Below are positions 12,291 to 25,420 of a stretch of DNA of 60,000 bases, in pieces; position 1 is the stretch's first letter, and every line of letters starts with the position of its first letter. Where the stretch lies: NCBI RefSeq assembly GCF_009834535.1, contig NC_045697.1, forward strand, positions 99,822,001 through 99,882,000, given 5' to 3'. Both the position numbers and the translations under genes were made by a program. The DNA is from Camelus ferus (lineage: Eukaryota). A model generated the notes under the pieces. It saw nothing but the letters and a program-made list of their open reading frames with translations. It had not been told where the DNA came from and ran no database searches.

Positions 12291-13552
12291 GTGACTACAC
12301 CAGACCACTCTGATTTCCCTTTCTCTGAATTCCTTCATTTTGCTACATATCCATATGTACTTGGGGGTACGGGTCCCCAAAAAGAGCCTAAGTTACAACT
12401 AATGGTTGAAGGAGGAATAGATTCAAAGCAGATTGAATTATTGGTGGTTGTCCTAAGAAATATACTTCTACACATTAGTGTCAGCGTTTAAGGAGGATAA
12501 TGGTCTAGAGAAGGACATTGGTGCGTGGGTGCCTGGGAACAGAGGGCTCCTTGTTTCTTTGCCATGCCAGATAGACACACTCTGGGGAAAAAAGAGCTGG
12601 TTGTGGGCAGAAGCTGGAGATCTGTTTCCACAAGGACCGTGGGAAACAGAGGAGGAAAAGCTGTTGAGTGAGAGCCAAACAAAATTCTGCTCAGCTTAAT
12701 TATCTTAATCACTTACAAGGCCACTACTGTATATATAAAGAAAAACTTCAGTGTAAACAGGTTGTCTCGAACAAGCACATTTGCCCAGAAAAAGTCCTGG
12801 GGTTATTTTTCATACTGCTAAACTAAAGGAAAGCAATTTAATAAATGAGAATTTCTAATTGTTAAATATCTCTCAATTTGGCTCCAATTGCTTCTGAATA
12901 TCACTCGATTTTCATTGGTATCAGAGAGAGAAAACCAAGAGGTCTAATGGAGGAACAGTGAGTGCTTTAATTTATCCACATAGTTCATTTCTGTTGGAAA
13001 ACCCAATGAGACCATGATGCTAAGCATGGAAGAATAATTCATTTATTCAAAACACTTAGGCTTTGTGTGACAAACTCTGTGGTTGTAGAAACACTTTGTA
13101 ATTGCATCAAGACTCTTAGATCCAAATAGTGAAAAGGCCAGCTTACTGCTTTTCTTTTTTCTGTACATTTTGGCATTTTGCTGTAAACTGTATGCTATTA
13201 TAAGTCATATCTTTATATAATCCAAGCCACAAATCCACATAAACACATTTTCCTCATATCTGCTATATTTACTTTGTAATGATGATATAAATATAGTAAC
13301 AACTGATTAATTAAATTATGATTGACTCCAGGAAGAAATGAATTCCTAAACCTCAATATTTTAATACAATCGAGGTTTTATTCTTGCTCAAATAGCAGTC
13401 GACTGACCAGCAGCTTTCCATGTGATCACTGAGTCCCAGGCTCTACTGGTGTGTGGCTCCCCTCTCCTCTTGGGTTTTGGAATCCTTTCTGTTCCACTGG
13501 GGGACTGAGGGGAAGTGTGTGGAGAAGACACTCAGACCAGAGTTAACACACT

Positions 13553-13825
13553 TTAAAAAAAATTGAAGTAGAGTCAATATTATATAACTAACAGGTGTAC
13601 AATATAGTGATTCACAATTTTTAAAGGTTATACTCCATTTATAGTTATCATAACATGTTGACTATATTCCCCTGTATCCTTGTAGATTATTTTATATCTA
13701 ATACCTCTTAATCCCCTTCCCTTATCTGGCCCCTCCCGACTTCCCTCTCTCCCCCAGTAACCACTAGTTCTCTATATCTGTTGAGTCTGCTTTTTTGTTA
13801 TATACACTGGTTTACTGTATTTTTT
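13553..13825 (-). mobile_element. LINE-1 3'-end fragment
   Basis: aattgaagtagagtcaa...acaggtgtacaatatagtgattcacaattttta...taaccactagttctctatatctg, the reverse complement of a laurasiatherian L1 3' UTR. Confidence 0.75.
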
Positions 13826-15046
13826 AATTCTGCTCAAATTTTATTGGCAAGAACCAGATGTAAAAGAACTGGGTAAGGTAGTCCTGGATGGGCAACTGCT
13901 TCCCATCAGCACTTTTTTCTGGAAAGAGATTACATATCTTCAGTGGTCTGCTATCCATCTCTGCCCCATCAACTTCCCCCAAATCAAAATTATAATATTT
14001 CTCAGAATATTGCCCACCTCCAAATAAGTCAGTTACTAGTTTCTGGGTTCAAGAAACCAGCATAACGAAGAAGAAGTAGAGTATTATTAGAAAGGAAAAC
14101 AAACTATCCATGTTAAAATATGGAACTTTTTTTACAGTGTTGGAAAGGATACAGTGCCCATCCACCAGCCGTGTAATGTTTGAAAAGGTTTTTAATCCTC
14201 TCAAAGCTTGGGTTCCTCAACCGGTAGATGGGATGAGTCGTGTCTGTCCAAGGTTGCTTGAGTTCAATAGAATAACATTCAAAACTGGCCTGCATTTTTC
14301 CTGTCATTATCTGAGTGCTTAATGCATTTTCATTCTCCTATTGTGATCACCAAAAGCAGTGCTGAGTTTCTCACTGACTCTGATTATTACTTTTCCCACA
14401 GCAGACTCTGCTCAGAGATCCTTCAGCGACTCCCTATTAAAAGTCAGAAGTGTTAGCCTGGAATCCAGGGCCTTATGCCATCTGGTTCATCTGGGTCTCT
14501 GGCTCCTCTGTCTATCCCAGCTGTGTATATGCCTCTCATGTGCTACTCGAAAGTTCACTCCGCTCAAATTCACCAAATGCCATGTTTTTAAGATTCAGAA
14601 AAAGCACTTCGCTCTCCCATCTTAATGTTTGTGAATTCTGCAAGTGTCTTCCAATCAATTTTTACATTTTATACAGTTACTTCTTTACTCTTTTCTTCCA
14701 AAGAAAGGAAAAACCAAAACCTTGCTAGTCAGTTAGTGTTTGTCTGAGTCAGAACCTGTGATATTTGTGGGTCATTTGCTGTGTGCCAGTTCCTGACTCA
14801 GGTGCTGGAGGTACAGGTATCACCTGAAGGTTCTTGGCTCTGCCTTCTTCACAGGCAAACATGGGCTGCCGCCCACACACACTCATATTCTGACCTATGA
14901 AATATTCACGACTCAGCTGAAATGCCACTTCCTCTGTTAAGCCTTCACTGATCACCTAAAGGAATCTCTATTCTCTTTGAACTCTTATAGCACTTGGGTT
15001 ATCTCTCAGGACCCAATCTGCAACCTGTTTCATTGTTGTGCATGTA

Positions 15047-15267
15047 CAGTTGACTCCTGAACAACGTGGGACTTAGGGGCATTGACACTCTGGGCAGTGG
15101 AAGGTAACTTCACAGATGGCCCTGTGTAGCCCCTGTTCCTCCCACAGCAGCAGACCAGAGGAACTTTAGATGTTGTCATACTGTAGCACATTATCTATTG
15201 GAAATTCCAAAATCCACTTGTAAGTGGACCTGCACAGTTCAAACTCATGTTGTTCAAGGGTCAACTG
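15047..15267. mobile_element. MER8/Tigger2-like TcMar MITE
   Basis: Terminal inverted repeats cagttgactcctgaacaac / gttgttcaagggtcaactg flanked by TA on both sides. Confidence 0.85.
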
Positions 15268-15963
15268 TATTTTATTTCCTCTACCATGTTATGAACCCCT
15301 AGAAGAGAAAGAGCGTGTCTTCCTCATTTTCGTATTTTCCCCACTGTCCATTTCAGGGTGATTTACAGGTCAGAGGTTTTGAATGAAACAGAAGCCCATG
15401 GTCTAACTGAGCTATATTCACAACCAACCACTTACATTCGCTACCTGCTTCCATTTGAGCCAACAATACGTATCATTCCATGGCATCCAGTAGATAAAGA
15501 ATGCAGGAGCATTTTCAAAGGCCTTCAGGCTTCCCTTTTGTGATTTGCTTGTTAAAATTAGTGTCACATTCAGCCATGGGAAGCAGAGAATGGCCAGGCT
15601 AAAGAGAAAGAGTTGCTACAATTACAGGAAGGGGAAGAGTGTCCTGTGGGGGTATTACCAGTGCTACGGCCATTGAGGCCTCTTTAGTCAACCTCAGTCT
15701 CAACAGTGGTCTCACACTGCTATCAGCACAGAAAATAAACTTAGTAGGGACAGATGATTCTGGCCTCATAGCTATATAGGGTCCTGAAGGTGGAAACAAT
15801 CTGAAAGACAATGACTCTTGATAAAATGCCAGTTGTCCTGGCCCCTGTTTTCTCTCTCAAGTTACTTGGGAGTGAGTCATCTGAACCCGGGGTGAGTGCT
15901 ATCTGTTCAGCACAATTCAGGAAAATGACTGTTCCCTAAGAGACTTTAATGGGTTATCTATGA

Positions 15964-16145
15964 CAGTGTTCTTCTCAAACTTTAGCATGCACAAGAATCA
16001 CCAGGAAGCCCGTTAGACACAGATTGCTGGGCCTCAGAGTTTCTGACTCAGTAGGTTAAGGCTGAGATCCCAGAACTTGCATGTCTAACAAGTCCCAGAT
16101 GGTATTGGTGCTGCTGGTCCAGGGACCACACTTTGAGAATCACTG
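15964..16145. mobile_element. MER5A DNA transposon, near full length
   Basis: Ends cagtgttcttctcaaact... / ...actttgagaatcactg with typical interior. Confidence 0.85.
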
Positions 16146-16729
16146 CATATTAGCCTTCCATAGAGTCATAGGTTAGACCTAGAAAAACAGGTTGCCAAGT
16201 TTGTCCTCTCTGCCTAAACCATCCCAAGATACATATTTAATAAAGACCCCACCTCCTCTGCCACCAGTGAGGATGATTCCATCATGTCTCTTGGACATTA
16301 TATTCTAGAAGTTAACAATATTTATGAAAATTTGTCTCTAATATCCCTTGAAGGTACAAAGACTAGCCTGATTCACAGAAAAAGAGCTATCGAGCTTCTA
16401 GGATTGTTCCCTAAATTGAGAGGCCCAACTGGAGGCAAATGGAGGGTGTCCCTTCCAGCAAGCAAAGCCCACGGTCCAACAACCATGTGAACACAAACAG
16501 GAATATGGTACAGACAAGTAGCGGGCGTCAGATGGTCCAACATGGTTCCACAAGGACTTGAGTGGTCTTTCTCTTTTTAATTGCCCTTCCCTTGGGAAGA
16601 GCACTCCAGTTTTCCTTAGCAAACCTTCCATCTCTGCTTGCAGCTTCTCTCATGCAGAGTGGAGCTTCTGGGCCCACCTTATAACTATACTGTCTATATT
16701 GTCATCAAAATTGTCGTCAAATTAGCACA

Positions 16730-17430
16730 AGGGATGTTGTGGAGCTCATGAGCCGGCTTTAAGAGGACTGGCAGCTTTTGTGTGCTTCCTCTTAGATCCC
16801 AAATGCCATGCCCTAAGGAAGCCCAGGCCAGATGACTGAATGCTTAGAGGCTACGTGGAGAGCGGCATCTTGGACATTCCAGCATAATCGTGCTCCAGTG
16901 GAATGCATCTGTGTGGGGGACCCCATGGGAAACCAGCAGAACTGCCTGGCTGAAGCCAGCCAACCCCTGCATTATAAGAGAGAACAAATTATTGTTTTAA
17001 GCCACAAAATCAGGAATGGCTTGTGTTCCAGCAGTAGATAACTGATCTGGGAAGCAATAGCTTCTCCTCTTAGTTTTTGTGGAAAGGGCTTACATGTAGC
17101 CCCACCATATTCATGACCCTGCACATGGAGATTAGTTCAGCACTTGACTTACGCTGGTCAATGAGACTCAGTTATGAGAATTTCTAGTCTAGGCCTAGAG
17201 TGTCTAGGGCCATCTTGCCAGTATGAAGGGAGAGCATGCCTGAGAATAAAGCCAATGCAAAACTGAAAGCAGAGCTAAGAGGATTTCATTTGATATTCTA
17301 CCTGATTCAGTCATGCCTACATCTATGTTTATTTCCATTTTAGTTACATGAGCCAATTCATTTCTTTCACTAATTAATTAAGTTTGAGCTGGGATTCCTA
17401 TCACCTGTAACTGAGTTTTGACTGATCCAC
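16730..17430 (+). mobile_element. Two adjacent MLT1-like (MaLR) LTR fragments
   Basis: MLT1 3' signatures ttgttttaagcca...cagcagtagataactga (~17000-17045) and ttagttacatgagccaat...taagtttgagctggg (~17340-17410). Confidence 0.65.
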
Positions 17431-18228
17431 AGAGGCTAGCAGATACGTAGAGGACAGGAATAGGGAATCTAGAAATAAGAGACAGCTTGGAGGTTCCGAT
17501 AGGTGCAGCCAGCACCAGAAAATAACTACCAGGAAGGTTGGTACCCTGAAATAAGATTCCCGGCCCCAGGATCGCTGGGTATGGGAATGCTGGCTGTCTC
17601 CTACAAGAGGGGCCCTGCCTGGGGGAGGGCTGAAATCAGCACTCGCCCCAAGTGCACTTGGGTGCAGGACTGTGTCTGTTCAGAGTGAGGAAGCGTTTTA
17701 TACTAATTCACACAAAAGCATCATGTAGGCTGGCTGAATATCACCAGCCCTGGGAGCAGTGGGACAAGGACAAGGCATTGTCCTGGTCCCCATGAAAACT
17801 AGAAAGCAACATAGGTGACTGCATAGGGTACCTAGAAAAGAAGCAGAAAAATAACCACAGCTGCCTGGAGATAGTGTCAGATCCTTTCTGCGCTCCAGTC
17901 TGGCACAGCTGCCTCCCACTGGCAGCAGGTAATGAGAACGCAGCTGGCAAGGTGACTGTGGCAAGTAACAGACTTCTGGTTCTGATCACACCAAAGAGAA
18001 TTTAGAAGGGCATATAAAGACTGTCAGTAGGTAAGAGTTTTAGAAAGTCCAGGAACAAGACAAACTAAACAGCATATCATAAGGACATACATAAACTGAC
18101 TTTTAAAACGATTCTAAGAAGCAGAGAAACAATAAATAGATAATTCAGGAGAGTAGTAATATCAGCGAGATGGGGTAGGAAAGGAACCCACTGTTGGAAG
18201 CAAAGGCATTGGGTAATGTTCCAATTAC

Positions 18229-18835
18229 TGTCAGGCTGTCAGAAGAACCAATCACATGATTAGAGGGTTGGAACTTTCAGTCCCACCCCGCTCCCCACCA
18301 ACTTCCAGTGATGGGAGAGAGTCTGGAGATTAAGTTCAGTCACCAAGGGCCAATTACTTCATCAATCATGCCTATGCAATGAAGTCTCCATAAAAACCAA
18401 AAAGGACAGGGTTTGGAGAGCTTCCAGGCTGATGAATAGGTGGGGATTCCAGGAGAGTGGCGTGCCTAGCTCTGAGCCCTTTCCGCATGCCTTGCCCTAT
18501 GCATCTCTTCCATCTGGCTGTTCCTGAGTTATATCCTTTGAATAAACTGGTAATCAAGTAAATAAAATGTTTCTCTGAGTTCTGTGAGCTGCTCTAGCAA
18601 ATTAATCAAATCCAAGGAGGGGGTCGTTGCAACCTCTAATCTATGCTAGTGAGTGACAACCTGGACTCGTGATTGGTGTCTGAAATATCTGTGTATGTGG
18701 GGGTGGGGGCTGTCAGTCTTGGAGCTCTTAACTTGTAGGATCTGACACTAACTCCAGGTAGATAGTGTCAGAATTGAGTTAACTTAGAGGTCACCCAGCT
18801 GGTGTCTGAGAATTGCTTGGTGAAATTGATGGCCA
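18229..18835 (+). mobile_element. MER21-like LTR
   Basis: gattagagggttggaactttcag, atcaatcatgcctatgcaatgaagtctccataaaaacc, gtttctctgagttctgtgagc and aggtagatagtgtcagaattgagtt match the recalled MER21 consensus. Confidence 0.8.
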
Positions 18836-19149
18836 GAACCATACGGATCTCCAGTACCCAAAAAACTTTAGAACTGTTCCCACTTCACTACTCCTCACAT
18901 TTGGACAAAACACACAGTTACCTAACTGATCTAGCCAGCCCTTCATATCTTTACACTATATTTTCGATAGTATTTCAATGACCAATTTTAGTATCAGTTG
19001 AACAACTACTTTACAGAGAGCATGTTGGGATTTAGGGGGCCCATTTCCACACACTGGGATATAGGAATGCACACTTGGGTCCAGACAGATGGATGACTGG
19101 GAACCAAATAGCCCTTGACAGTGTTTGAGTTTTAACCCAATATAGAATA

Positions 19150-22100
19150 AATATCAAACTCATTTCAATCCTCTAGGGGCTGCAGATAGTAATCCTATGT
19201 AGTTCACTGGCTTAAATGCTTGGATCTCTGTTCCCAAGAGAGTTTTCCGAATGCCACCTTCAAATGGCTACTTTTTTGTTGTTTTTGTTAGCACTCAACA
19301 GTCTCTTACCATGTTCATGTCTGAGGTAAGAGACAAGTGGAATATGTCATTATTCTACCCAGAGTAACGTGGTGTTGGCACCACTGTACCCGTGTAAGTC
19401 ATCCAGGTGGCTACTTCCAGAGAGCGGCAGGGCATCAGCTTGGCATTCCATTACCCTTCTTGAACCAGCTCAGTCCTCAGAGAGGCCTTCTTTGTGACCT
19501 ACTATGCTCCTCCGTTGGAAGTCCCACAAGGGTTTCAACAGCTGTATCCCCTATACTGGAAGCATTTTTATCTCTCATTCACCATGGTTTCCCTGTTGGT
19601 TGCTGCCTATGACTCTTTAAATGTCCAAGCATAGCCCTGAAGCAAAGAACTAAAATCTCCCCTCACTGTCTTGTGCACTGCTGTCAACTCTGCCCATTGC
19701 TTGAACTTACCTTAACATTATTTGACTGGGTTTTTACTGTCCATCTAGCAAAGAGTAGCTGACTTTTATATTGAAGTTCTACTATACAGGACCTCTCATG
19801 GGTAAACCAAGAAACTCATTACATTTTAGTGGAAAGAGTCATGAGGTTTAGACAACAGAAGTGAACCGTGAAATGGTTGGAAAGCAGAGGTGCTACCTGC
19901 TCACGTGTTCTAACTCCTCAGGACACCTCTCTTGAAACGAATTCCATTTTTTTTTTTTTGAGAATTTTGTTGTGCAGCTTCCTCTTTACCGCAACCTCTT
20001 TCTGATATCACTCATATCATATCCTAGGTGGTTCAGATCTTAGAATATTTGCCGCTCTGAGGTTACGGGGACTGTTTTTGTCAGAGCCCAGCAGCGTACT
20101 GGCAAACGGGCTCTCTAGCGCCATCATTAGGAACATTTTGAGTCCAAAAATCCCAGTGGTCGCCACGAGGTGGCAGTGTTATACTTCATTCAAAGCCTTC
20201 AATTTGGACAGATTGTGGTGTCTGAAACTTCTAAAATTATCTGTGAATGTATTAGAATAGTAAGGTCTCAGCGGCATCCTTGGGCTACTACTCATTATAT
20301 ATTTTTCAGGAATATTCATTGCCAAATATTCCTTCAAGGTGTTGCCCCTTTTTATTGGCAGGGTCCTGGAGAGAGAGTAATTTATTATTTACCATGCATA
20401 GAATACTTCTCCTGGCCCAAAGTTATCTTTAGAAATTTCACTAATTTTGCTAAGCTTTCAATCTTAACTGGATTGATTAACCATTCGGCTAGTTATATGT
20501 GCCATGACAGCTCTCAAATATCCTGAATTTCTCCTTATAAGAGGACAATGAACATAATATAATAAATATAATGAATTAACTTAATTTTAATGGTGATCAT
20601 GTCTAAATCCAGTCTCACCAAATTGTAGCAGTGAGTTGGAGAGGTCAGACGTCCTTGGGGAAGGACCATAAACATATATTACATTCCTTCTCATGTCCAA
20701 GCAAACTGTGCTTGACCTCTCTGAGAGTGAGATCAAGATGATAGCCTAGCCAAAAGGAAACCCTCCTACACTGTTGGATAAGAATGTAAACTGGTGCAGC
20801 CACTATGGAAAACAGTCTGGAGGTTCCTTAAAAAACTGAAAATAGAGTTACCATACTATCCAACAATCCCACTCCTGGGCATATATCTGGACAAGATGAA
20901 AACTCTAATTTGAAAAGATATATGCACCCCAATGTTCATAGCAGCATTATTTATAATAGCCAAGACGTGGAAGCAACCTAAATGTGATGAATGGTTAAAG
21001 AAGATGTGATATACATACAAACATACAAATATATATACACACACATATATATACACACATGCACACACATTACTCAGCTGTAAAAAAGAATGAAATAATG
21101 CCATTTGCAACAACATGGAGGGACCTAGAGATTATCACACTAAGTGAAGTAAGTCAGACAAATTTATATATCACTTATATTTGAAATCTAAAAAATAGTA
21201 CAAATGAACTTATTTACAAAACAGAAACAGACTCACAAACATAGAAAACAAACTTATGGTTACCACAGGGGGAAGGGGGTGGGGAGGGATAAATTAGGAG
21301 TATGGAATTAATAGATACACATCACTATATGTAAAATGGATAAACAACTGCATAGCACATGAGATTGTATTCAAACTGTATCTTGTAATAACCCATAATG
21401 GAAAACAATCTGAAGCTATACACCTGAAACCAACACAACATTGTAAATCAACTATAGTTAAGTAAACTTTAAAGAAGAAGATAGCATAACCGAATCTATC
21501 ACAGACAAATCCCAGTCACAGTCAGCTTGTTGAACCTCTTAAACAGTTTTTACAATGCTTGGCACAACAGACACTAATTTAAATCATGGGAACTACCCTG
21601 TTTAAATCATGATAGTGAGCAGTTACTTCCAAGGATCTTTTCTCCTGGTCCACAGAGGATTAACAGGAGGTGGAGATTGGCACTCCTGATCCCATTGTTT
21701 CCTAATGAGAGAGGAAATTTCCTGTGTCCTTCCTGAATCTGACACTGCCTGATATGTACTACAAAGGAAGGCTCAAGCAATCCTCAGGGCTCCCATTTTG
21801 CAAGTCCAACTGAAAGTACATGAAGAACAAACTTCTCTGTCTCTTAAAGGCATTTGGCTTTAAGCTGGTAGTGACAAAGACCTTCACCACATCCATTCTA
21901 ATATATTCATCCACTCACATATTCCAGTAAAGGCAAGAACTGGATGGATAGTTCTTTATTTCTCCATCTTCAGCTTCATGGTGACTCTGGTGCTACCTAC
22001 CATACCATTTTCATTTGCCCTAAACTTCAATCCTCATACCTAAATATTGCCCTTCCATTTCTCTGATGATGTTATGGTACATTTTGCATCACCGTTAGTA

Positions 22101-23100
22101 ATCCCTCACGGGTTTTACACTATCCTTTGCCACTTGACATTAACTATATCCTACAATCTTGGACCTCCTACCAGGGGTCAACTGAAGATTTCTTGACCCT
22201 CAAGTTAATCGTCCTTTTCCCTCACAACCTTATTCGGTGTATTAAAATAACTACCTGTGCTACACCTTATTTCCCTATTTATCTTCAGCATCCTTGACTC
22301 TAAACTCATCCAGGCTGGGATAATTGGAACAGATCTGATAGGTTAACTATCAGATTTAGATAGAGTAGGTTTCCCTGCTCCCAACTATTGTTAATGTGCC
22401 ACAAATCCTCTGTAGGGCCCCTGTCAAATTTCCTGCTTATTTATTACCTCTCATCCCCCTGTTTTTTTTAAAAATCATATAAACTGTTCTGCCCGATTCA
22501 GTATTTATTATCCTTTGGTCTGGTTACTGTCTTCACGCCAGCACATCAGTTTAATTCTGCATAACTGAAAGTTCCTCTTCACTGGTAATGCCCATTACTA
22601 GTAGCTGTAAGAACAAACATTCCTTGGCATTCTGTGTATTTCCTTGTTCTCCCATTGAAAGAAGTATATGGGGAGTCCTTACACAAGGGGTTCCCCCTAA
22701 TCACAGTATCTAACATAGTTTCAGGGAAGTGCAACATGGGTCATCATAAAACCAATCGGGTTGCCACTGTCCTTAGTATTTTCAGTGCTTCGACAGAGGT
22801 AATTCATTTCACTGTTCATGAAAGGAGTGTACAGTTTTCCTTCTCAGTGTAACTTTGCTGTATTCCAAACTTCACACAGTCCAAATGAGGGCATTGATAT
22901 TTTATTTGGGTCCTCTATGGATCAAATGCTGAACACTGTAACAAATTGTTGATTAACAGTCATACCAAACAACTGTTTCCATTAAGTAGTTTCTAAAATC
23001 AACAGTGCCTTGGGTGTTTAGTTAGGGAATTCAAGAAAGCAGAGATTTCTTAGTGCTACTCAAAAATATAACCAAACTCCATTATACCATAGCCTTTGTT
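19150..23100 (-). mobile_element. Decayed ERVL-class (class III) endogenous retrovirus interior, gag-pro-pol
   Basis: Manual minus-strand translation gives motifs in the correct order. Gag-like: LRTVA..DWFYD..TMLDTVIRGNP (~22650-22800). Protease-like: VNVKW..GITNGDAKCTI (~22060-22150). RT: VTAHYHDLNRVVP (~21590-21630), QFAWT*EGM*YMFMVLPQG (~20650-20710), LIHYIYYIM (decayed YIDD, ~20550-20580), WLINPVKI..VKFL (~20430-20485). RNase H: QWAELTAVH (~19675-19700). Integrase: VNYIGLL (~19190-19210). Many stops and frameshifts. Confidence 0.8.
20752..21474 (+). mobile_element. LINE-1 3' fragment nested in the ERV reverse transcriptase
   Basis: End of ORF2 plus 3' UTR (ggaaaccctcctacactgttgg...ttgtaaatcaactata). 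Degenerate TSD aagatgatagcctagcc (20735-20751) / aagaagatagcataacc (21475-21491). Confidence 0.9.
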
Positions 23101-23929
23101 TTCCATGTAGGTATACCTGATAAGGCTTGGTCAAAGCACACAAGTTAGTTCAGAGACCTAAGTAGATCCCACCCTCTCCTTGAAGCCAGAATCCTAGTCT
23201 TAGGATTTAAGTACCATTGAGCCAGCCACACGGAAGAAGAAAGCCAAACAGAATGAAAGAGAAGGCCAGCCTTCCCAGAGGGACAGGATAGGTTTAACAC
23301 ATCTGCTAGTTACATGCAAATGAATTCATGGAACAGAGAAGAGGAAGTCATATGCACATGACATTTTAATGTACACTGATCCTGCTTCCAATAAATACAG
23401 TTCAATCAACTTCTCAGGTTCTGACCAAACAGGTGAGCACTCTCTTCTCTTGGAGAAAAACATGAATAGAAGTGAGCCAACAGGCAGCATGGAGACAAGG
23501 AGAAGAGTTCCTCTCTGTACCCCCTGCTCTCAGTATTGCACACTGAAAAGCTAAAAAGGTTCTATAATCGTACTATGAAAAAATCACCTCACTTTCTGTT
23601 ATATGAAGGTCTTGTGTAATAATGGAGAGACCTCTGAAATAGAAGTTCATATCTACTTCTTAATTTGCCAAATTGGCTGTGTACTTTGCCTTTTGGAATC
23701 TTTTTATGTATAATAAAAATATTTAATGAGATGATTTTTAAGTTCCTTCCAAAATCTAAGATTCTATGTTTTATTATTATAGTGTATGTCCAGATTTCAT
23801 GTCCCTGGAGGTATAAAAAAAAGGAACTAATACTGGTTGCTTTTGAGCATGGAGGCTGAAGGACCAGGAATTGTGTGTGGGTGGGTAGAAGCTATTTTTC
23901 AGTGTAAGTTGTCCTTTGTGCTTACATTC

Positions 23930-24290
23930 TACCCTCCTCTTGGTCTTTCTCCTTCAGCCACACTGCCCTTCTTGCTATTCCTCCAACTTATGAAGTATGC
24001 TCCTGATTCAAGGCCTTTGCACTTGCCATTCTAGTGTCTGGAATACTCTTCCTCCGGATACGCTTATGGTTCACTCCCTTACTTCCATTCAGGACACTGC
24101 TCAGATGTCACCTTACCACGGAGACTCCCCAGACTACGCTATGTAAAAACTCTCCCTCCCTCCCTTATACCCCTTACTTTAGCACCATCTGACATACTAA
24201 ATATTTGTGTTTATTTAGTGTATGATTCCTTTGGAATGCTGCCTGGTGCATAACAGGCAATCAGCATATACTTGAGTTAATGAATGTACT
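23930..24290 (+). mobile_element. LINE-2 3' fragment
   Basis: cagccacactgcccttcttgctattcctc...aggcctttgcacttgc...tgcctggtgcataacaggc...tgaatg. Confidence 0.7.
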
Positions 24291-24589
24291 GTTTGAGGTT
24301 GAATTTTTTTTAAATCACGCGCATAAATTACTTTTTCAAGAAAGATAACTAGTTAAGGAATAAATGTTCAATGAATTAACTATTAGATATTTATTATTAT
24401 GGGACAAAATCCAAACTTCTCTACTCAACATACAGGGCTCACCTTATGTGCCACGTAGTAGCCACGGGCAAGTCATTCAACATGAATTCCGTGTCCTTAC
24501 GTATAAAGTCGGACTGGTACTAATTCTCTCACAGAATGAAGATTAAATGTAGGTGGAAAAACTTTTGTAACTCAGGTGCTGTGAAAGCT

Positions 24590-25420
24590 ACACACAGCAC
24601 CCCGCCGCTTCTCCGGTGCTTGGAGTCTCGAAACAGTACACGGTTTCAACTTGCGCAAACGACCCGAAGTTTAAGTCCAGAAAAGTCTACAGAGCCGCTC
24701 TGCCGAAGACCAACCTTTGGGGCCGGGCGTGCCTCCAGGCAGCCGTTGCCAGGGCAATCGTCGGCGTCCCTAGAATCCGAGCACGCGCGTAGCGGCAACG
24801 CAGCTGGACATCCTTTCAGAGCTAGCGATTGGTGGGGCTCGGGCCAATCGGAGACGCCGGGGGAGCGGGGTGGGGCGGACCGTGTCCCCTGGTAGGCGTT
24901 CCCGCCGCCTCACTCCCCGACTTCCGGGTCGCGGTGATTGCAGGGAACGCGCGGCGAGTAGCGTCGTTTCCGTTGCCGGCGGTTTGCAGTTGGGGGAAAC
25001 TGAGGCAGCTCCAGCTTTTCCCCCTAGTTCTTCCGCTCCCGTGAGGTGGCTGCTGTTTCTTTTCCTTTCGCCCCGCGCTGCTTGGGTGCTGCTGCGCTGA
25101 GGGCGCTCAGCCCCACCGTGTCCTGCGAAAGTCCGCGGGGCGCCCGGGCCGGCGGGGCTTTGTGCGAGCGGTTCCCTCCCACTCGCGGCCGGGTGCGAGC
25201 TTGGAAGAGGGGTTCGGCGGGAGGCTCGGAAGGGGGGCTCGGCGCAGCGACTCCCCGAGGGCTGGGGAGCTCAGGCGCCGCGAGGGTTGCGTTCCCTCCG
25301 CTTGGCAGTCCGGCTTCTTTTGTCCTGATGAGCGCGGACCAGTTGGATTCATTTTAAAGTCACAGCCTGTCTCTGATTGCACTGATTTCTGCACTGACCT
25401 GCGGGGATTTCGAGTTTGAC
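24590..25420 (+). promoter_or_regulatory. ELMOD2: ELMOD2 CpG-island promoter with opposed CCAAT pair, GC box, ETS motif and RFX-like X-box
   Basis: CpG-dense. ATTGG at 24828-24832 and CCAAT at 24844-24848; GGGGCGG at 24872-24878; ACTTCCGG at 24920-24927; GTTGCCAGGGCAAT at 24745-24758. Confidence 0.85.
24920..25040 (+). other. ELMOD2: Probable non-coding exon 1 of ELMOD2 (5' UTR); limits approximate
   Basis: Follows the promoter motifs, with candidate donor gtgagg at 25041. The ATG-containing exon has its own acceptor, so an upstream exon is required. Confidence 0.5.

Noticed and set aside
15340..16630. Possible env-like continuation of the minus-strand ERV (Cys/Trp-rich short frames)
   Set aside because: No convincing CxxC, furin site plus fusion peptide, or CX6CC motif could be read, and ERVL elements typically lack env.
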